Assembly (NCBI GenBank): GCA_030147845.1
Contig: JASBUN010000051.1
Location: forward strand, 33,146 to 97,145
Direction: 5' to 3'
Source of the DNA: Gammaproteobacteria bacterium
GTDB lineage: Bacteria; Pseudomonadota; Gammaproteobacteria; JASBUN01
Length of the DNA: 64,000 nt
The notes under the pieces are model-generated. The model saw nothing but the letters and a program-made list of their open reading frames with translations. It ran no database searches and was not told the origin of the DNA. Made by a program: the position numbers and the translations under genes. Of the stretch, positions 39,153-49,636 are shown piece by piece (the first letter of the stretch is position 1; the number at the start of each line of letters is the position of its first letter).

Positions 39153-40223
39153 ATGAGCGGCATTTTTATCCACTGTCGCGCCGGATTCGAAAAAGAATGC
39201 GTCGCGGAAATTCAACAACATGCCGCATCGTTGGGTATTGCCGGCTATTGCAAAGCAAAGCCCGACTCTGCCTATGTGTTGTTCGAGAGCTACGAGCCGG
39301 GCGCCGCCGATGAACTGTGTCGGCGGGTGCGTTTCGATCAGTTGATTTTCGTGCGCCAGTGGTTTGTGCTCTTGGGTCTGGTGCGCGATCTGCCGGTGGG
39401 CGATCGAGTCGCGGCGATGATGTCCACGCTTGCCGGTTTGCCGGGGCCGGTTGACGACGTTTATTTGGAGACCCCCGATACCAACGCCGGTAAGCAGTTG
39501 TCAAAGCTATGTCGTAGTCTGAAGACGCCGCTGCTGCGCGCATTGACCGATGTCGCCCGTTACGGCAGTGATGTCAGCGGGCGGCGGCTGCATGTCTGTC
39601 TGTTGAGCGGTAGTGCGGCCTACATTGGCTACGCGCCCACGCATAACAGCGCGGCGCAGCCGATGGGCATCGTCCGGTTACGCTTTCCGGGAGGTGCGCC
39701 AAGCCGATCGACTTTGAAACTGGACGAGGCTTTGCTGATCTTGCTGGATGTCGGTGAACGAGAACGTTATCTGCGACCGGGCATGCAGGCCGTTGATCTG
39801 GGCGCGGCACCGGGCGGTTGGACCTGGCAGTTGGTGCAGCGGCATTTTCACGTCACTGCTGTCGACAACGGCGCCATGGACGATAAACTGCTGGCGTCCG
39901 GACTGGTGCATCATCTGCGCGCGGACGGATTTCGTTTTCAACCGAGTCAGGCGGTTGATTGGATGGTTTGTGATATGGTCGAGCAACCGGCTCGAATTGC
40001 CGATCTTGCCTGCCGGTGGATCGAGCAGGGCTGGTGTCGGCACACCATATTCAATCTGAAATTGCCGATGAATAAGCGCTACGCTGAGGTCCAGCGTTGT
40101 CTACACTTGATCAGCGGGCGTATGCAGCAGCGAGGGTTCGGTTTTCGCTTGGCGTGTAAACAGCTCTATCACGACCGTGAGGAAGTCACGGCGTATCTCG
40201 CGCGCCTCGATGCCGAATATTGA
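39153..40223 (+). CDS. rlmM: 23S rRNA (cytidine2498-2'-O)-methyltransferase RlmM.
   Basis: Colinear with E. coli RlmM/YgdE: PSRSTLKLDEA, AVDLGAAPGGWT, WMVCDMVE.PA, IFNLKLPM.KRY, QLYHDREEVT. Confidence 0.9.
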   Translation: MSGIFIHCRAGFEKECVAEIQQHAASLGIAGYCKAKPDSAYVLFESYEPGAADELCRRVRFDQLIFVRQWFVLLGLVRDLPVGDRVAAMMSTLAGLPGPVDDVYLETPDTNAGKQLSKLCRSLKTPLLRALTDVARYGSDVSGRRLHVCLLSGSAAYIGYAPTHNSAAQPMGIVRLRFPGGAPSRSTLKLDEALLILLDVGERERYLRPGMQAVDLGAAPGGWTWQLVQRHFHVTAVDNGAMDDKLLASGLVHHLRADGFRFQPSQAVDWMVCDMVEQPARIADLACRWIEQGWCRHTIFNLKLPMNKRYAEVQRCLHLISGRMQQRGFGFRLACKQLYHDREEVTAYLARLDAEY

Positions 40224-40288
40224 GTGCGTTGACGTCGCAGCGGTACAATGCCGACACGTTGTGCTCACTACCATTTTTCGGGGGCATC

Positions 40289-40849
40289 ATGACCACTCTA
40301 TCCATTTGCGCCGATGACGGCAGTGGTGGCCGTCGCATGTACACGGATTTCGAGGCCATCGCCGAGCATCTGCGGGAGATCGGCGTTGAGTTTGAACGCT
40401 GGGACACCGACCGTCCATTGGCGGCCGACGCCGGTCAGGATGAAGTTTTGGCGGCCTATCAGGCTTCCATCGATCGGCTCAACAAACGCTACGGCTTCGA
40501 ATCGGTGGATGTGGTGGCGCTGCGCCCGGATCATCCGGGCAAGGCCGATTTCCGACAGAAGTTCTTGGCCGAACACACTCATGCCGATTTCGAGGTACGC
40601 TTCTTTGTCGACGGCAGCGGACTGTTTTATTTGCATGTCGGCGCCAAGGTGTACATGTTGCTATGTGAAAAAGGAGATCTGATCAGCGTGCCTGCAGATA
40701 CCACCCACTGGTTTGATATGGGCGCTGACCCTGATTTCAAATGCATTCGCTTGTTCACTCGTGCGGAAGGGTGGGTTGGTAATTTTACCGGTAGCGACAT
40801 CGCTAACCGCTTCCCCGATTTCGATCAATTCGTCGCATTGAACGTATGA
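40289..40849 (+). CDS. mtnD: Acireductone dioxygenase MtnD (methionine salvage).
   Basis: ARD cupin motifs (HTHADFEVRFFVDGSGLFYLH...IRLF). ATG at 40289. Confidence 0.85.
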   Translation: MTTLSICADDGSGGRRMYTDFEAIAEHLREIGVEFERWDTDRPLAADAGQDEVLAAYQASIDRLNKRYGFESVDVVALRPDHPGKADFRQKFLAEHTHADFEVRFFVDGSGLFYLHVGAKVYMLLCEKGDLISVPADTTHWFDMGADPDFKCIRLFTRAEGWVGNFTGSDIANRFPDFDQFVALNV

Positions 40850-41526
40850 TTCGGGCGGTATTGACCGATATCGAGGGTACTACCTCGTCGTTATCGTTCG
40901 TAAAGGACGTATTGTTCCCTTACGCGCGCGAACGCATGTCGAAGTTCGTGCGTGAACACGCCGGTGAGGCCGCAGTCGGCGAGCAACTCGATGCAGTGCG
41001 CGCGGAGCAGGGGCGGCCTATGACCGACATAGACGTGGTGCAGTGTTTAGTGCACTGGATCGATGAAGATAAGAAGGTCACTGCGCTGAAGGTGTTACAA
41101 GGCATGATCTGGGAAGCTGGTTACCGCGGCGGCGATTTTACCGGGCATGTATACGAAGATGCCGTACGGAACCTGCGTCAGTGGCACCGGCAGGGTATAA
41201 AGCTGTACGTATTCTCGTCCGGCTCAGTGTATGCACAGCAGCTATTGTTCGCCCATTCGGATGCGGGCGATTTGACGCCACTGTTTTCGAGCTATTACGA
41301 CACCCGCGTCGGTGCCAAACGACAATCCGACGCGTATGTGGCAATCGCGCATGACATCGGTCTACCGCCCAGCGAAATATTGTTTTTGTCCGACATCGAG
41401 GAAGAGTTGGACGCCGCGCAGGTCGCGATGATGCGCACGGTATGGGTGCGCCGCGATGGCCGGCGACGGAGCGATACTGCTCATATTCAGGTATCGGATT
41501 TCGACGCGGTTCAATTGGCCGATTGA
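40846..41526 (+). CDS. mtnC: Enolase-phosphatase E1 MtnC (HAD superfamily).
   Basis: HAD motif I LTDIEGTT. Conserved MtnC blocks. ATGA overlap with mtnD. Confidence 0.85.
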   Translation: MIRAVLTDIEGTTSSLSFVKDVLFPYARERMSKFVREHAGEAAVGEQLDAVRAEQGRPMTDIDVVQCLVHWIDEDKKVTALKVLQGMIWEAGYRGGDFTGHVYEDAVRNLRQWHRQGIKLYVFSSGSVYAQQLLFAHSDAGDLTPLFSSYYDTRVGAKRQSDAYVAIAHDIGLPPSEILFLSDIEEELDAAQVAMMRTVWVRRDGRRRSDTAHIQVSDFDAVQLAD

Positions 41527-41610
41527 GTTGCGCATGCGGTCGCGTCGCCGCTACGTCACAGCAAGTTCTGTCGAAACGATCTCGCCAACCCGCCAGCGCC
41601 GTTCGAGGGT

Positions 41611-43710
41611 TTACCGATGCAGGCCGCCGGTGGCCGGCAGCAGTGCGTCCAATTCCGTTGACGGTAGCAACTGACCGCGATGGGGCCGCGCGCGACCGCC
41701 GCGCTGCACTAACTCGCTACGCAGCGCGAGCAGGGTGACATTGTCGGGGTCGATGTGCAGCCCGCGTTCGAGGTAGCGCGCCGCGCGTGACAGGTGTCCA
41801 CGGTCCGCGGCTTGTCGCGCCAAAACCGCATACAGACGCAAGATTTCGTGTATACCGCGGGTGGCTTCGGGGTTGTTCGGAGCGAGTGCCAGCGAGCGCC
41901 GATAGTAGCTGTAGGCGCTGTCTTGCGCGGGTACGGTGAAGTGGTAATTCGTCATTGCCATACGCGCGCGCGCCAGCAACGTGGGTACCTGTGCTGCCGG
42001 ATTGTCGGCGCTGCCAGTGTCGGCGGTAGGCGGTGCTGCGGGCCGGCCGTCTGCAGTGGAAGGAGAGTTTGCGCTGTCGGCGCTGGGATCGACATGCGCC
42101 GCCGGCGGCGGCGCCTGCGGGCCAGGCTGCGGTTGCGGAACTGGTGTCTGGGGCGACTGTGCCTGGGACGACGGCAAGGGGGTTATGGCAACGCTCTTGG
42201 ACGCCGGTTTCGGCGCCATCGACGCGGATGCTACGGCGTTGTTGACGTCGTTGTTGACGGTCGCGCCGTTTGGTTGCGGCGACGATACGCCTTGCGCCGC
42301 CGGCCCGGACGGTACGACCACGCGCATGGGTGAAGCTTGCGGTGTGCGGCCTGCTAGCTGCTCGACGGCAATGTGCTTAGCTGTGGCAGCCGACGTCGAC
42401 GGCCGCAATTGCGGCAGCCACCATTGATAGCCGGCGGTTAGCAGCGCCGCCGCCGCGGCGGTTCCAAGCACGGCCAGGAAGCCTTGCCGAAAGCGCCGGT
42501 TGCGTAAATCGCCATCACGTACCGCGGCGTGCAGTTCGCTTAGCGCCGGTTTGTCTTCGTCCCTGAGCGCACTTTCGTCCTGTTTCAATGATGCCGGTCT
42601 AAGATGAAACAGCGCATCGGTGTCTCGATCCGCCGGTGTGTCGGACGGTTCTACGTCCGACACACCGGTAGCAGCGGGTGGAGGGCTGCTTGTTACGTCG
42701 GCATGCGCATCGCCCGGCGCACCAGGTTGAACTGCGTCAAAAATCGCGCTAGCGGATGACCGGGATAACTCGTCGCCGATTTCGGCCGCCCGGACATCGG
42801 ACGGTTGTCGGTGTAGCTCGTCGGCCTCCGCCTGCGCGTCGCGCGCGGTACCCGGCTGCAATGCGCCGTCGTCGTTAAATTCGGTAGGCCAAGTATCCAG
42901 GCGTTCCTGGCGTAACTCTTCGACCACCGAACGGACGTCGGTGCTGGTGAGATGGTGGCGTTGCTCGGCCCAACCATGCACGAGCAGACGTCCACACAAC
43001 ACGTTGATACGCCGCGGTACGCCTTCGCTGAACCGATACAGGTCACGCATGACGGAGTCATCGAGTTGCGGATCGTCCCGCCAGCCGACGCGCTGTAGTC
43101 GATGCAAAATATAGTCACGCGTTTCATCGGCGCTCAGCGCGGTGAGTTCGCACACGGTGGAGCAGCGGGCACGCAATTCGGCCGCGGACTCACTTGCCAG
43201 TAGATCGGAGAGCGATTCCTGGCCGACCAATAGCACCTGCAGTAGTAGGCGTCGGTGATTTCGCAGTGACGTCAGCCGCTCCAACTCCTGCACACCACTG
43301 GCGGTAAGATTCTGCGCTTCATCAACGATCAATAGTGGCCGGCGGCCGGCGCCCAGGTGCCGGCCGAGATACTCGCTCAGGTGCTGTAGCAGACTATCCT
43401 CGTTGTTATCGCTAAAGCGTAAGCCAAACGCATGTGCGCTCATGCGGCGCAGGTCGATGGCGTCCAGTTGCGAACTGACCAGGCGCGCGCACATAAACCC
43501 GCCGGGCTGCAGCTCATTGACCAGCGATTGGATCAGCGTGGTCTTGCCGCTACCCGCGCGGCCGGTGACCACGACAAGGCTTTCGGCATCGGCGAGTGCA
43601 TTGCGTAGTTGCTCGCGTACGCGGGTGTAACCGCGATGGCTGAAACTGAAACGGGCATCTGGCGCCAACCGGAACGGATCGGCGCTGAGGTGATAAAAAT
43701 CTTCGTACAT
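41611..43710 (-). CDS. ExeA/GspA/MshM-like AAA ATPase (COG3267) with a long low-complexity linker, a transmembrane segment and a C-terminal TPR domain.
   Basis: N-terminus FYHLSADPF...F..S..H...REQL......ESLVVVTGRAGSGKTTL with Walker A. Walker B LLIVDEAQNL. Hydrophobic segment LAVLGTAAAAALLTAGY. TPR-like C-terminus (AYSYYRRSLALAPNNPEA...). Confidence 0.7.
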   Translation of the reverse strand: MYEDFYHLSADPFRLAPDARFSFSHRGYTRVREQLRNALADAESLVVVTGRAGSGKTTLIQSLVNELQPGGFMCARLVSSQLDAIDLRRMSAHAFGLRFSDNNEDSLLQHLSEYLGRHLGAGRRPLLIVDEAQNLTASGVQELERLTSLRNHRRLLLQVLLVGQESLSDLLASESAAELRARCSTVCELTALSADETRDYILHRLQRVGWRDDPQLDDSVMRDLYRFSEGVPRRINVLCGRLLVHGWAEQRHHLTSTDVRSVVEELRQERLDTWPTEFNDDGALQPGTARDAQAEADELHRQPSDVRAAEIGDELSRSSASAIFDAVQPGAPGDAHADVTSSPPPAATGVSDVEPSDTPADRDTDALFHLRPASLKQDESALRDEDKPALSELHAAVRDGDLRNRRFRQGFLAVLGTAAAAALLTAGYQWWLPQLRPSTSAATAKHIAVEQLAGRTPQASPMRVVVPSGPAAQGVSSPQPNGATVNNDVNNAVASASMAPKPASKSVAITPLPSSQAQSPQTPVPQPQPGPQAPPPAAHVDPSADSANSPSTADGRPAAPPTADTGSADNPAAQVPTLLARARMAMTNYHFTVPAQDSAYSYYRRSLALAPNNPEATRGIHEILRLYAVLARQAADRGHLSRAARYLERGLHIDPDNVTLLALRSELVQRGGRARPHRGQLLPSTELDALLPATGGLHR

Positions 43711-43867
43711 CTCGCAGCACGTCCTTAGGTCAAAGATTAGGCGGACAACGCAGACGGTCGAACGCCATCTTCGTGCGGGGCGCTATAAGTATAGTCTTAG
43801 TCGGACGACCACTAAAGGCCGAATTCGCTTGCTTAGCAGAACGGTCATGGCCTGTGGCGGAGGTGAC

Positions 43868-45247
43868 TTACGGCTTGCCCTGATTTGGGTTTTGCATGGC
43901 CGTCAGCGGTGCTTGGTTAGTGCTTAATATTTGCTTGCTTAGGATGAGCGCGCTTGCCGACCAGATTTGGTTAAGATTCGCGCGCTGTCCGACCTCGCCG
44001 CCACGGCGGCCGTCGTAGTATTCCGGCCACTGATCGGCGACTAACCGTTTGGCTGCCAGATCAAAGGCGCGTTCGGCGGCTTCACGCCGTCCGATTTTGA
44101 CTGCAGCGCCGGTAAAAGCCCATAAAAGTGCCGGCCAGGAGCCGCCGTTGTGGTAGGACCAGGGCGGATTTTTTGGGTCGCAACCCGTTAATAAACGCCA
44201 ATGTTCGCCTTCCAACGGCGGATGGCAGATTTTCAATGGGGTTTCCCCGATTAGCTCGTTCCAGTGCTCGGCATAAAGATCAAACAAGCATTGTGCTTGC
44301 TTGTCGGTCGCCAGTCCGAACAATACCGCCAGCAGATTACCCAGTGAAAAAAAGCGGAAGTCCATGCGGCCGGGTCCTAAATTGCCGACAAAGTAACCGC
44401 CTTGTTCGGGGAGCCAGTCATCGACCCAGTCGGGTATCGATTCCGGATAAATATTGAGAATATTTTGGCTATCGGCGCCGAACTCCTCGGTATGAAATTG
44501 ACGTATGGCGTTCAACGTCGCCCGGTCGAGCCAATAGTATTTACGTACGTAGGCTTCAAGGGCTTGTTTGCGCTTGGTGACCGTCTCAATCAATCGCTTC
44601 GAGCGATCGTCCGCGGCCAGCAGTTGTTCAGCGGCGCATAAGGTGCCGTAAAACAGCGCCTGAATTTCGAGCGGGTGGCCATATACCCCGAGGCGACGGT
44701 CGATCATAAAGGAGCCGTCGGGGACCAGCAGCGTCGGGAAGACTTCGAACGTATCGCGCACGCAGAGATGCAATATTTGTTCGATGGTGCATTGTATCGA
44801 CTCGCGCTGGGCAAACTCGGTGTCGCCGGTTGCCCGCACATAGGCGCCGAGCAGAATGACCCACCACTTCATGGAGTCGACCGGTGCTACACGACCGATG
44901 GCAAGTTCGCCGAAGTCGGGGACCAAACGATCCTCCTCACCATCGGCGCGCATGACCCGAAAACTGGCCGGCATGACGCCGGGATGCCGTTCGTAGCCCG
45001 GTAACGGTGGTCCGGCGCCGCGTATATCGTGCACGACGTCGAGAAAATTGCGTACGATGTCCGCTTTGCCGTCATTGAGATACACCAGCGCGGCAGGGAC
45101 GAAATCGCGCACGAAGCAATCAAGATAGTTTTCCGCCGCCAAGTCTTTTTGGTCGAGCGCGGCGACGGTACCAACCGGTTGGCCGCGGTAATGTACCACG
45201 GCCCTTTCGAGTAACGCGTAAGCGGATTCGACGGCGCTGTCTGTCAT
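43868..45247 (-). CDS. Glycoside hydrolase family 100 alkaline/neutral invertase.
   Basis: Strong match to plant and cyanobacterial alkaline/neutral invertase blocks (DCFVRDFVPAAL, GVMPASFRV, DRRLGVYGHPLEIQALFY, NPPWSYHNGGSWP). ATG at 45247. Confidence 0.75.
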   Translation of the reverse strand: MTDSAVESAYALLERAVVHYRGQPVGTVAALDQKDLAAENYLDCFVRDFVPAALVYLNDGKADIVRNFLDVVHDIRGAGPPLPGYERHPGVMPASFRVMRADGEEDRLVPDFGELAIGRVAPVDSMKWWVILLGAYVRATGDTEFAQRESIQCTIEQILHLCVRDTFEVFPTLLVPDGSFMIDRRLGVYGHPLEIQALFYGTLCAAEQLLAADDRSKRLIETVTKRKQALEAYVRKYYWLDRATLNAIRQFHTEEFGADSQNILNIYPESIPDWVDDWLPEQGGYFVGNLGPGRMDFRFFSLGNLLAVLFGLATDKQAQCLFDLYAEHWNELIGETPLKICHPPLEGEHWRLLTGCDPKNPPWSYHNGGSWPALLWAFTGAAVKIGRREAAERAFDLAAKRLVADQWPEYYDGRRGGEVGQRANLNQIWSASALILSKQILSTNQAPLTAMQNPNQGKP

Positions 45248-45302
45248 TGATCGGCGATAGTTCTGGTCATTTGGTTCATTGTGCGTCTTAATTGTTAGGC
45301 TG

Positions 45303-45947
45303 TCAGGGGAACAACGGTTCACTTCGCGCGCGCCTACCGGACGGCGCCCGCGTCGTCAGTGCCGACGATTCGGGCATCCACCGTGGTGGTGGCCGTTGAC
45401 GGTAAAAACGCTGCGGCACCTGATAGAGATCCGGTGGTTTTTGATTGCTCGCTGGTCGGCTTAGCAGCTTGTCGGCGTCACGTTGTCGGTGGTGGTCTCG
45501 TCTGCGGTCTCGTTCATGACGCTCGCCATCATCGCGCCGCGCGTGGCGCGCCCTCGGTGGGCGTAATACCACGTACGGCGTTGTTTGCGTTTCATCGAGC
45601 CACGGCGCGGTTTCGTCGTCGACCGTGCCACCAGCGTCCGTTTGCGTCTGTTGCAGCGCCGATTTTTGATCGGCCAATTTGTGCTCGAGCGCGTCTATAC
45701 GCGCCCGCAGACGCGCGTCTGTGGAGCCGATGGCCGGCTGCACCGGCGGCGTGTACGCCGGCGCCGGCACCTTTAGCGTGAACTGTCGCACGCCTGTCGG
45801 GCGTTGCGCCGGTGGTATTTGACTGAACTGGGTAACGCCGTCGCTATCGACCCAAGTATACACGGACACCGATGCGGCGTGCGTCGCCAAGCTGGGCGTT
45901 AGCGCCAGCGTTAGCGCGAAAACAAGCAGATGCGGATATCGAGCCAT
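45303..45947 (-). CDS. DUF4124 domain-containing secreted protein.
   Basis: Signal peptide. N-terminal VYTWVDSDGVTQFSQ motif (DUF4124). Coiled-coil. Basic low-complexity tail. Upstream of the invertase gene on the same strand. Confidence 0.6.
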   Translation of the reverse strand: MARYPHLLVFALTLALTPSLATHAASVSVYTWVDSDGVTQFSQIPPAQRPTGVRQFTLKVPAPAYTPPVQPAIGSTDARLRARIDALEHKLADQKSALQQTQTDAGGTVDDETAPWLDETQTTPYVVLRPPRARHARRDDGERHERDRRRDHHRQRDADKLLSRPASNQKPPDLYQVPQRFYRQRPPPRWMPESSALTTRAPSGRRARSEPLFP

Positions 45948-46198
45948 CTTTGCATGTGCGCCGAACGGTTGCGGTTTGGAACCGAATGAGAGTTATTCTA
46001 GCGCAATCGCGACACTGCTGCCGATCAGCGGACCAGAATTGGTCAATCTCCACTTTCCTGGATCGGGCAAGTTGGGCCGCGGCGGGCCTGGGCTTGGTTT
46101 GCGCGCGATAATGTGCCTTGTTGTGCTGACAGGTTGGACGTCCGACTATTAGACTAGACTAACAATAAACCCTATTTTTCGACCATGCGGCAGGTGAA

Positions 46199-47950
46199 AT
46201 GACCGTTTTAGCCGAGCAGATTGCGCGCACCATTTTGGCCGGATTCGAGAAGCACTTTGCCTTTCATCAAGAAGTCACGAGCGGTGCTCGCGAACGTTTC
46301 GAGCGCATGGATTGGGCCGGAATACAGCGTACCTCAGCCGAACGCATTCATCTTTATGATCGTCGCGTCACCGAGACCATCGATAAAGTCCGCGGTGTAT
46401 TCGAGCTTTCCGCGCTTGACGAATATTTGTGGCGCGACGTAAAGGCCGATTACGTGGCTCGTTTGCGTCACCACTGCCGACCGGAGTTGGCCGAAACATT
46501 TTACAATTCCGTTTTCTGTCGCTTGTTTGATCGGCGATATTTCAACAACAAGAACATTTTCGTCGAATCGGTGGCCGATCGCGACAAGCTAGTCGATCGG
46601 TACCGGGTTTTTATGTCCTTTCATCCCGGCGACGCTGGTTTGCGGGACAGCATTCGGGATATGCTGTCGTCGTTTTATTTTTCCATCCCGTTCGAAGATA
46701 TCGATCGGGATGTCGGTTATATCGAGCGGCATTTCCTGAAAAATTCGCCGCTGCGCAATGCGCCCTTGGATGAAATGCGTATCGATGTGCTGGAAACGCC
46801 GTTTTTTCGCAACAAGGGCGCTTATTTGATCGGTCGTGTGACACGCGGTGAACACTGCTATCCGTTCGTCGTACCGCTAATGAATGACGGCGCCGGCCTA
46901 TACGCCGACGCTTTATTGACCACGCGTGACCAGATCGGGTTGGTGTTTAGTTTTTCGCGCGCATATTTCATGGCGCAGATGCCTGTCCCGGTCGCCACTA
47001 TCGCGTTTCTTCAGACGCTGCTGCCGGGCAAGCCGTTGGCGGAGTTATATATGAGCGTCGGTTTCCATAAACAAGCCAAAAACGAGTTTTATCGCGATTT
47101 TTTACATCATCTGGCGCGTACCAAGGACAAGTTCGTCATCGCGCCCGGCGCGCGTGGCATGGTTATGTGTGTGTTTACCTTGCCGTCCTATCCATACGTA
47201 TTCAAGATTATGAAGGATCGCTTCGATCCGCCGAAGGATGTTACGCACGAACAGGTGGCGAACCGCTATCTTCTGGTCAAACAGCACGACCGTGTCGGCC
47301 GCATGGCCGATACACTGGAGTTTTCTGATGCGGCATTTCCACTGCAGCGTTTCTCGCAAGAATTGTTGGCCGAGTTGCGCGCGGTTGCCGCGGCCTCACT
47401 AGAGGTCGATGGCGAGATGCTATTCATTCGTCACCTGTACATCGAGCGTCGCATGCGACCGCTGGACCTTTTCCTTGAACATGCGTCGCCCGGCGAGGCG
47501 CGTAGCGCGATTGCGGACTGGGGTCTGGCGGTAAAGGAATTGATGGCGGTCAATATCTTTCCGGGCGATCTGCTGTTCAAGAATTTCGGTGTCACGCGCC
47601 AGGGTCGGGTGGTGTTCTACGACTACGACGAAATATCATACCTGACCGACTGCAGTTTCCGCAGGATTCCGCCGCCGCGTTATCCAGAAGACGAACTGGC
47701 TGCTGAGCCGGCTTTCAATGTGGGTCCTCACGATGTGTTCCCGGAAGAATTTTTGACCTTCATTGCGACCAATGCGCAGCGGCGTCAAACGCTGCTCGAC
47801 ACCCATCCCGAGTTGCTGGACTATCGCTATTGGCAACAACGGCAGAAAGACGTTGTTGCCGGCGTATATGCCAATATCTTCCCCTATCCGCGAGAGGCCC
47901 GCTTTCCGCATCGCCGGTCGCCTTCGAGCGCAAAACCAACGCCGCCTTAG
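46199..47950 (+). CDS. aceK: Isocitrate dehydrogenase kinase/phosphatase AceK.
   Basis: Colinear with E. coli AceK: MVMCVFTLPS, FKIMKDRF.P.K, HDRVGRMADT.EF, RHLYIERRM.PL, IFPGD.LFKNFGVTR.GRVVFYDYDEI.Y, PPPRYPEDELA.EP. ATG at 46199 with AGGTGA upstream. Confidence 0.9.
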   Translation: MTVLAEQIARTILAGFEKHFAFHQEVTSGARERFERMDWAGIQRTSAERIHLYDRRVTETIDKVRGVFELSALDEYLWRDVKADYVARLRHHCRPELAETFYNSVFCRLFDRRYFNNKNIFVESVADRDKLVDRYRVFMSFHPGDAGLRDSIRDMLSSFYFSIPFEDIDRDVGYIERHFLKNSPLRNAPLDEMRIDVLETPFFRNKGAYLIGRVTRGEHCYPFVVPLMNDGAGLYADALLTTRDQIGLVFSFSRAYFMAQMPVPVATIAFLQTLLPGKPLAELYMSVGFHKQAKNEFYRDFLHHLARTKDKFVIAPGARGMVMCVFTLPSYPYVFKIMKDRFDPPKDVTHEQVANRYLLVKQHDRVGRMADTLEFSDAAFPLQRFSQELLAELRAVAAASLEVDGEMLFIRHLYIERRMRPLDLFLEHASPGEARSAIADWGLAVKELMAVNIFPGDLLFKNFGVTRQGRVVFYDYDEISYLTDCSFRRIPPPRYPEDELAAEPAFNVGPHDVFPEEFLTFIATNAQRRQTLLDTHPELLDYRYWQQRQKDVVAGVYANIFPYPREARFPHRRSPSSAKPTPP

Positions 47951-47986
47951 TCGCGCTTGGTTCGTCGCGGCGGTTAAGATGGCGGG

Positions 47987-49351
47987 CTAGCGCGTCAACC
48001 AGGATTTGGCTCGTGCCGTCACCAGCGCATAGGGAAAAATCCAAAACAGCGTGAAAAACGAATAGTAGGCGTAGAACACGCCGTAGACGACATCCCAGGA
48101 ACGTTCGCTACGCAGGTAATAGAGCATGGTCAGCATCGACATGGCGCCGATGACGAACAGCAGACGTACGATGGTGAGCGGGTCGTGCATCGACGCATAC
48201 AAAAGCAACGCCATGGCAGCGTAGGCGGCCGGGTAGCGTAGGTTGGTGACGACGGTGTCGATGACCGCGATCAGTCGTGGCACCGCCGGTCGTTTCCAGA
48301 CGATTCCGGCAAAGCGAATTTCTTCGCGCACGTAGCTGCGGTCCCAACGCAGGTACATTTTACACAGCTTTTTATAGGTATTTGGCACGATCGTGTGCAC
48401 TACTGCGGTGCGTTGGTAAACGGTGTCATAGCCACGCGCGAGAATGAAGTTGGTCATCGAGCGATCTTCGCCATAGGTGCAGGCTGCGCCCAAAAAGGTC
48501 TGATTTATCCATGGCTCCAACACTTCCCGAACGACGCTGGTGCGATAAGCGGCCAGTGCGCCGGGACAGCAATAGACCGTACCATAGGTAGACTGTACCG
48601 CGCGTAGGAAGTCGAAGGCGAGGGTGAAGCGTACCCGCAGCATACGCGGTATAAGACCTTGGTGGCAGTTGTAGACTGCCACGCGACCGGCTACGGCGCC
48701 AATACGCGGATTGCGAAATGGCCCGACCACGGCCAACAGAGTGCCGTGATCGATGATGCTATCGGAGTCGATTGTGACTACCACGTCACCACGCGCGCGA
48801 CGGAAACCCGCTGCGAGTGCCGCGCGCTTGCCGCGATTGCGCTCGAAGCGAACCGCCGTAACCAAGTCAGGGTGGCGCCGTGCCGCGCGGTCGATGTAGG
48901 TCCAGGTGTCGTCCATGCTGCCGTCGTCGACCACCAATATTTCAAGGCGCCCGCGCGGATAGTGCGCCGCGGCGACAGAGTCGATCGACTTCTCGACCAT
49001 GAAGCCTTCATTAAAGGCCGGGATGATCACCGTTAACATGGGGGCATCATCGTCTTCGGCCGCTGCGAACGGGTGATAACGGAACCAAAGCGCGGTGCGC
49101 AAGGTCAACATCAGCGTCCCCATGACCGCCCATATGATGCTCGGGCGCGCCAATGTTTGCGTCCACGGTTGGGTGTCAAAGTGGCGATATAGTGGCTGAA
49201 ACACATGCCCTGCGACGGTCAGGTAGATCAGCAGCAATAGCGCCACGGTGATAGCTGCACGCAGTAGGTGTTCCCAGACGTCCGCTCGTAGCGGCGTCAG
49301 AGAACCGCCGCCCGCGCTGTGTGGACGCATATCGGGATTTTGCGAAGACAT
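47987..49351 (-). CDS. Membrane-embedded family 2 glycosyltransferase (processive synthase-like, NodC/HAS/PgaC-type).
   Basis: N-terminal transmembrane helices. GT-A core with VVDDGS, TIDSDS, GEDRSMT and YLRWDRS (a variant of the QxxRW motif). C-terminal transmembrane helices. ATG at 49351. Confidence 0.8.
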   Translation of the reverse strand: MSSQNPDMRPHSAGGGSLTPLRADVWEHLLRAAITVALLLLIYLTVAGHVFQPLYRHFDTQPWTQTLARPSIIWAVMGTLMLTLRTALWFRYHPFAAAEDDDAPMLTVIIPAFNEGFMVEKSIDSVAAAHYPRGRLEILVVDDGSMDDTWTYIDRAARRHPDLVTAVRFERNRGKRAALAAGFRRARGDVVVTIDSDSIIDHGTLLAVVGPFRNPRIGAVAGRVAVYNCHQGLIPRMLRVRFTLAFDFLRAVQSTYGTVYCCPGALAAYRTSVVREVLEPWINQTFLGAACTYGEDRSMTNFILARGYDTVYQRTAVVHTIVPNTYKKLCKMYLRWDRSYVREEIRFAGIVWKRPAVPRLIAVIDTVVTNLRYPAAYAAMALLLYASMHDPLTIVRLLFVIGAMSMLTMLYYLRSERSWDVVYGVFYAYYSFFTLFWIFPYALVTARAKSWLTR

Positions 49352-49636
49352 TAGGACGGTACCGGGATGAGGGAGGGTGGCGCAAATCCGCGCGAGGCTG
49401 AATGTCACCGCAGCGACTGCTACCTAGCCGATCACCGCGTAAGTAATCGTGGCCTACTCGCGGCGTTGGCGAGAGCAAGCATACCGTGTTCGCCCGTCAC
49501 AGTATATCGGCGTTGGTACAGACGAGAAAGTGAGTTATTGGGGTGACTATACCCGTAAATTTAAACTAGTATTGAAGAGCGGTCACTACGAACTAAACGA
49601 TATCCGCGACCGTCTCAAGTCACACTGGAGCTGCCT

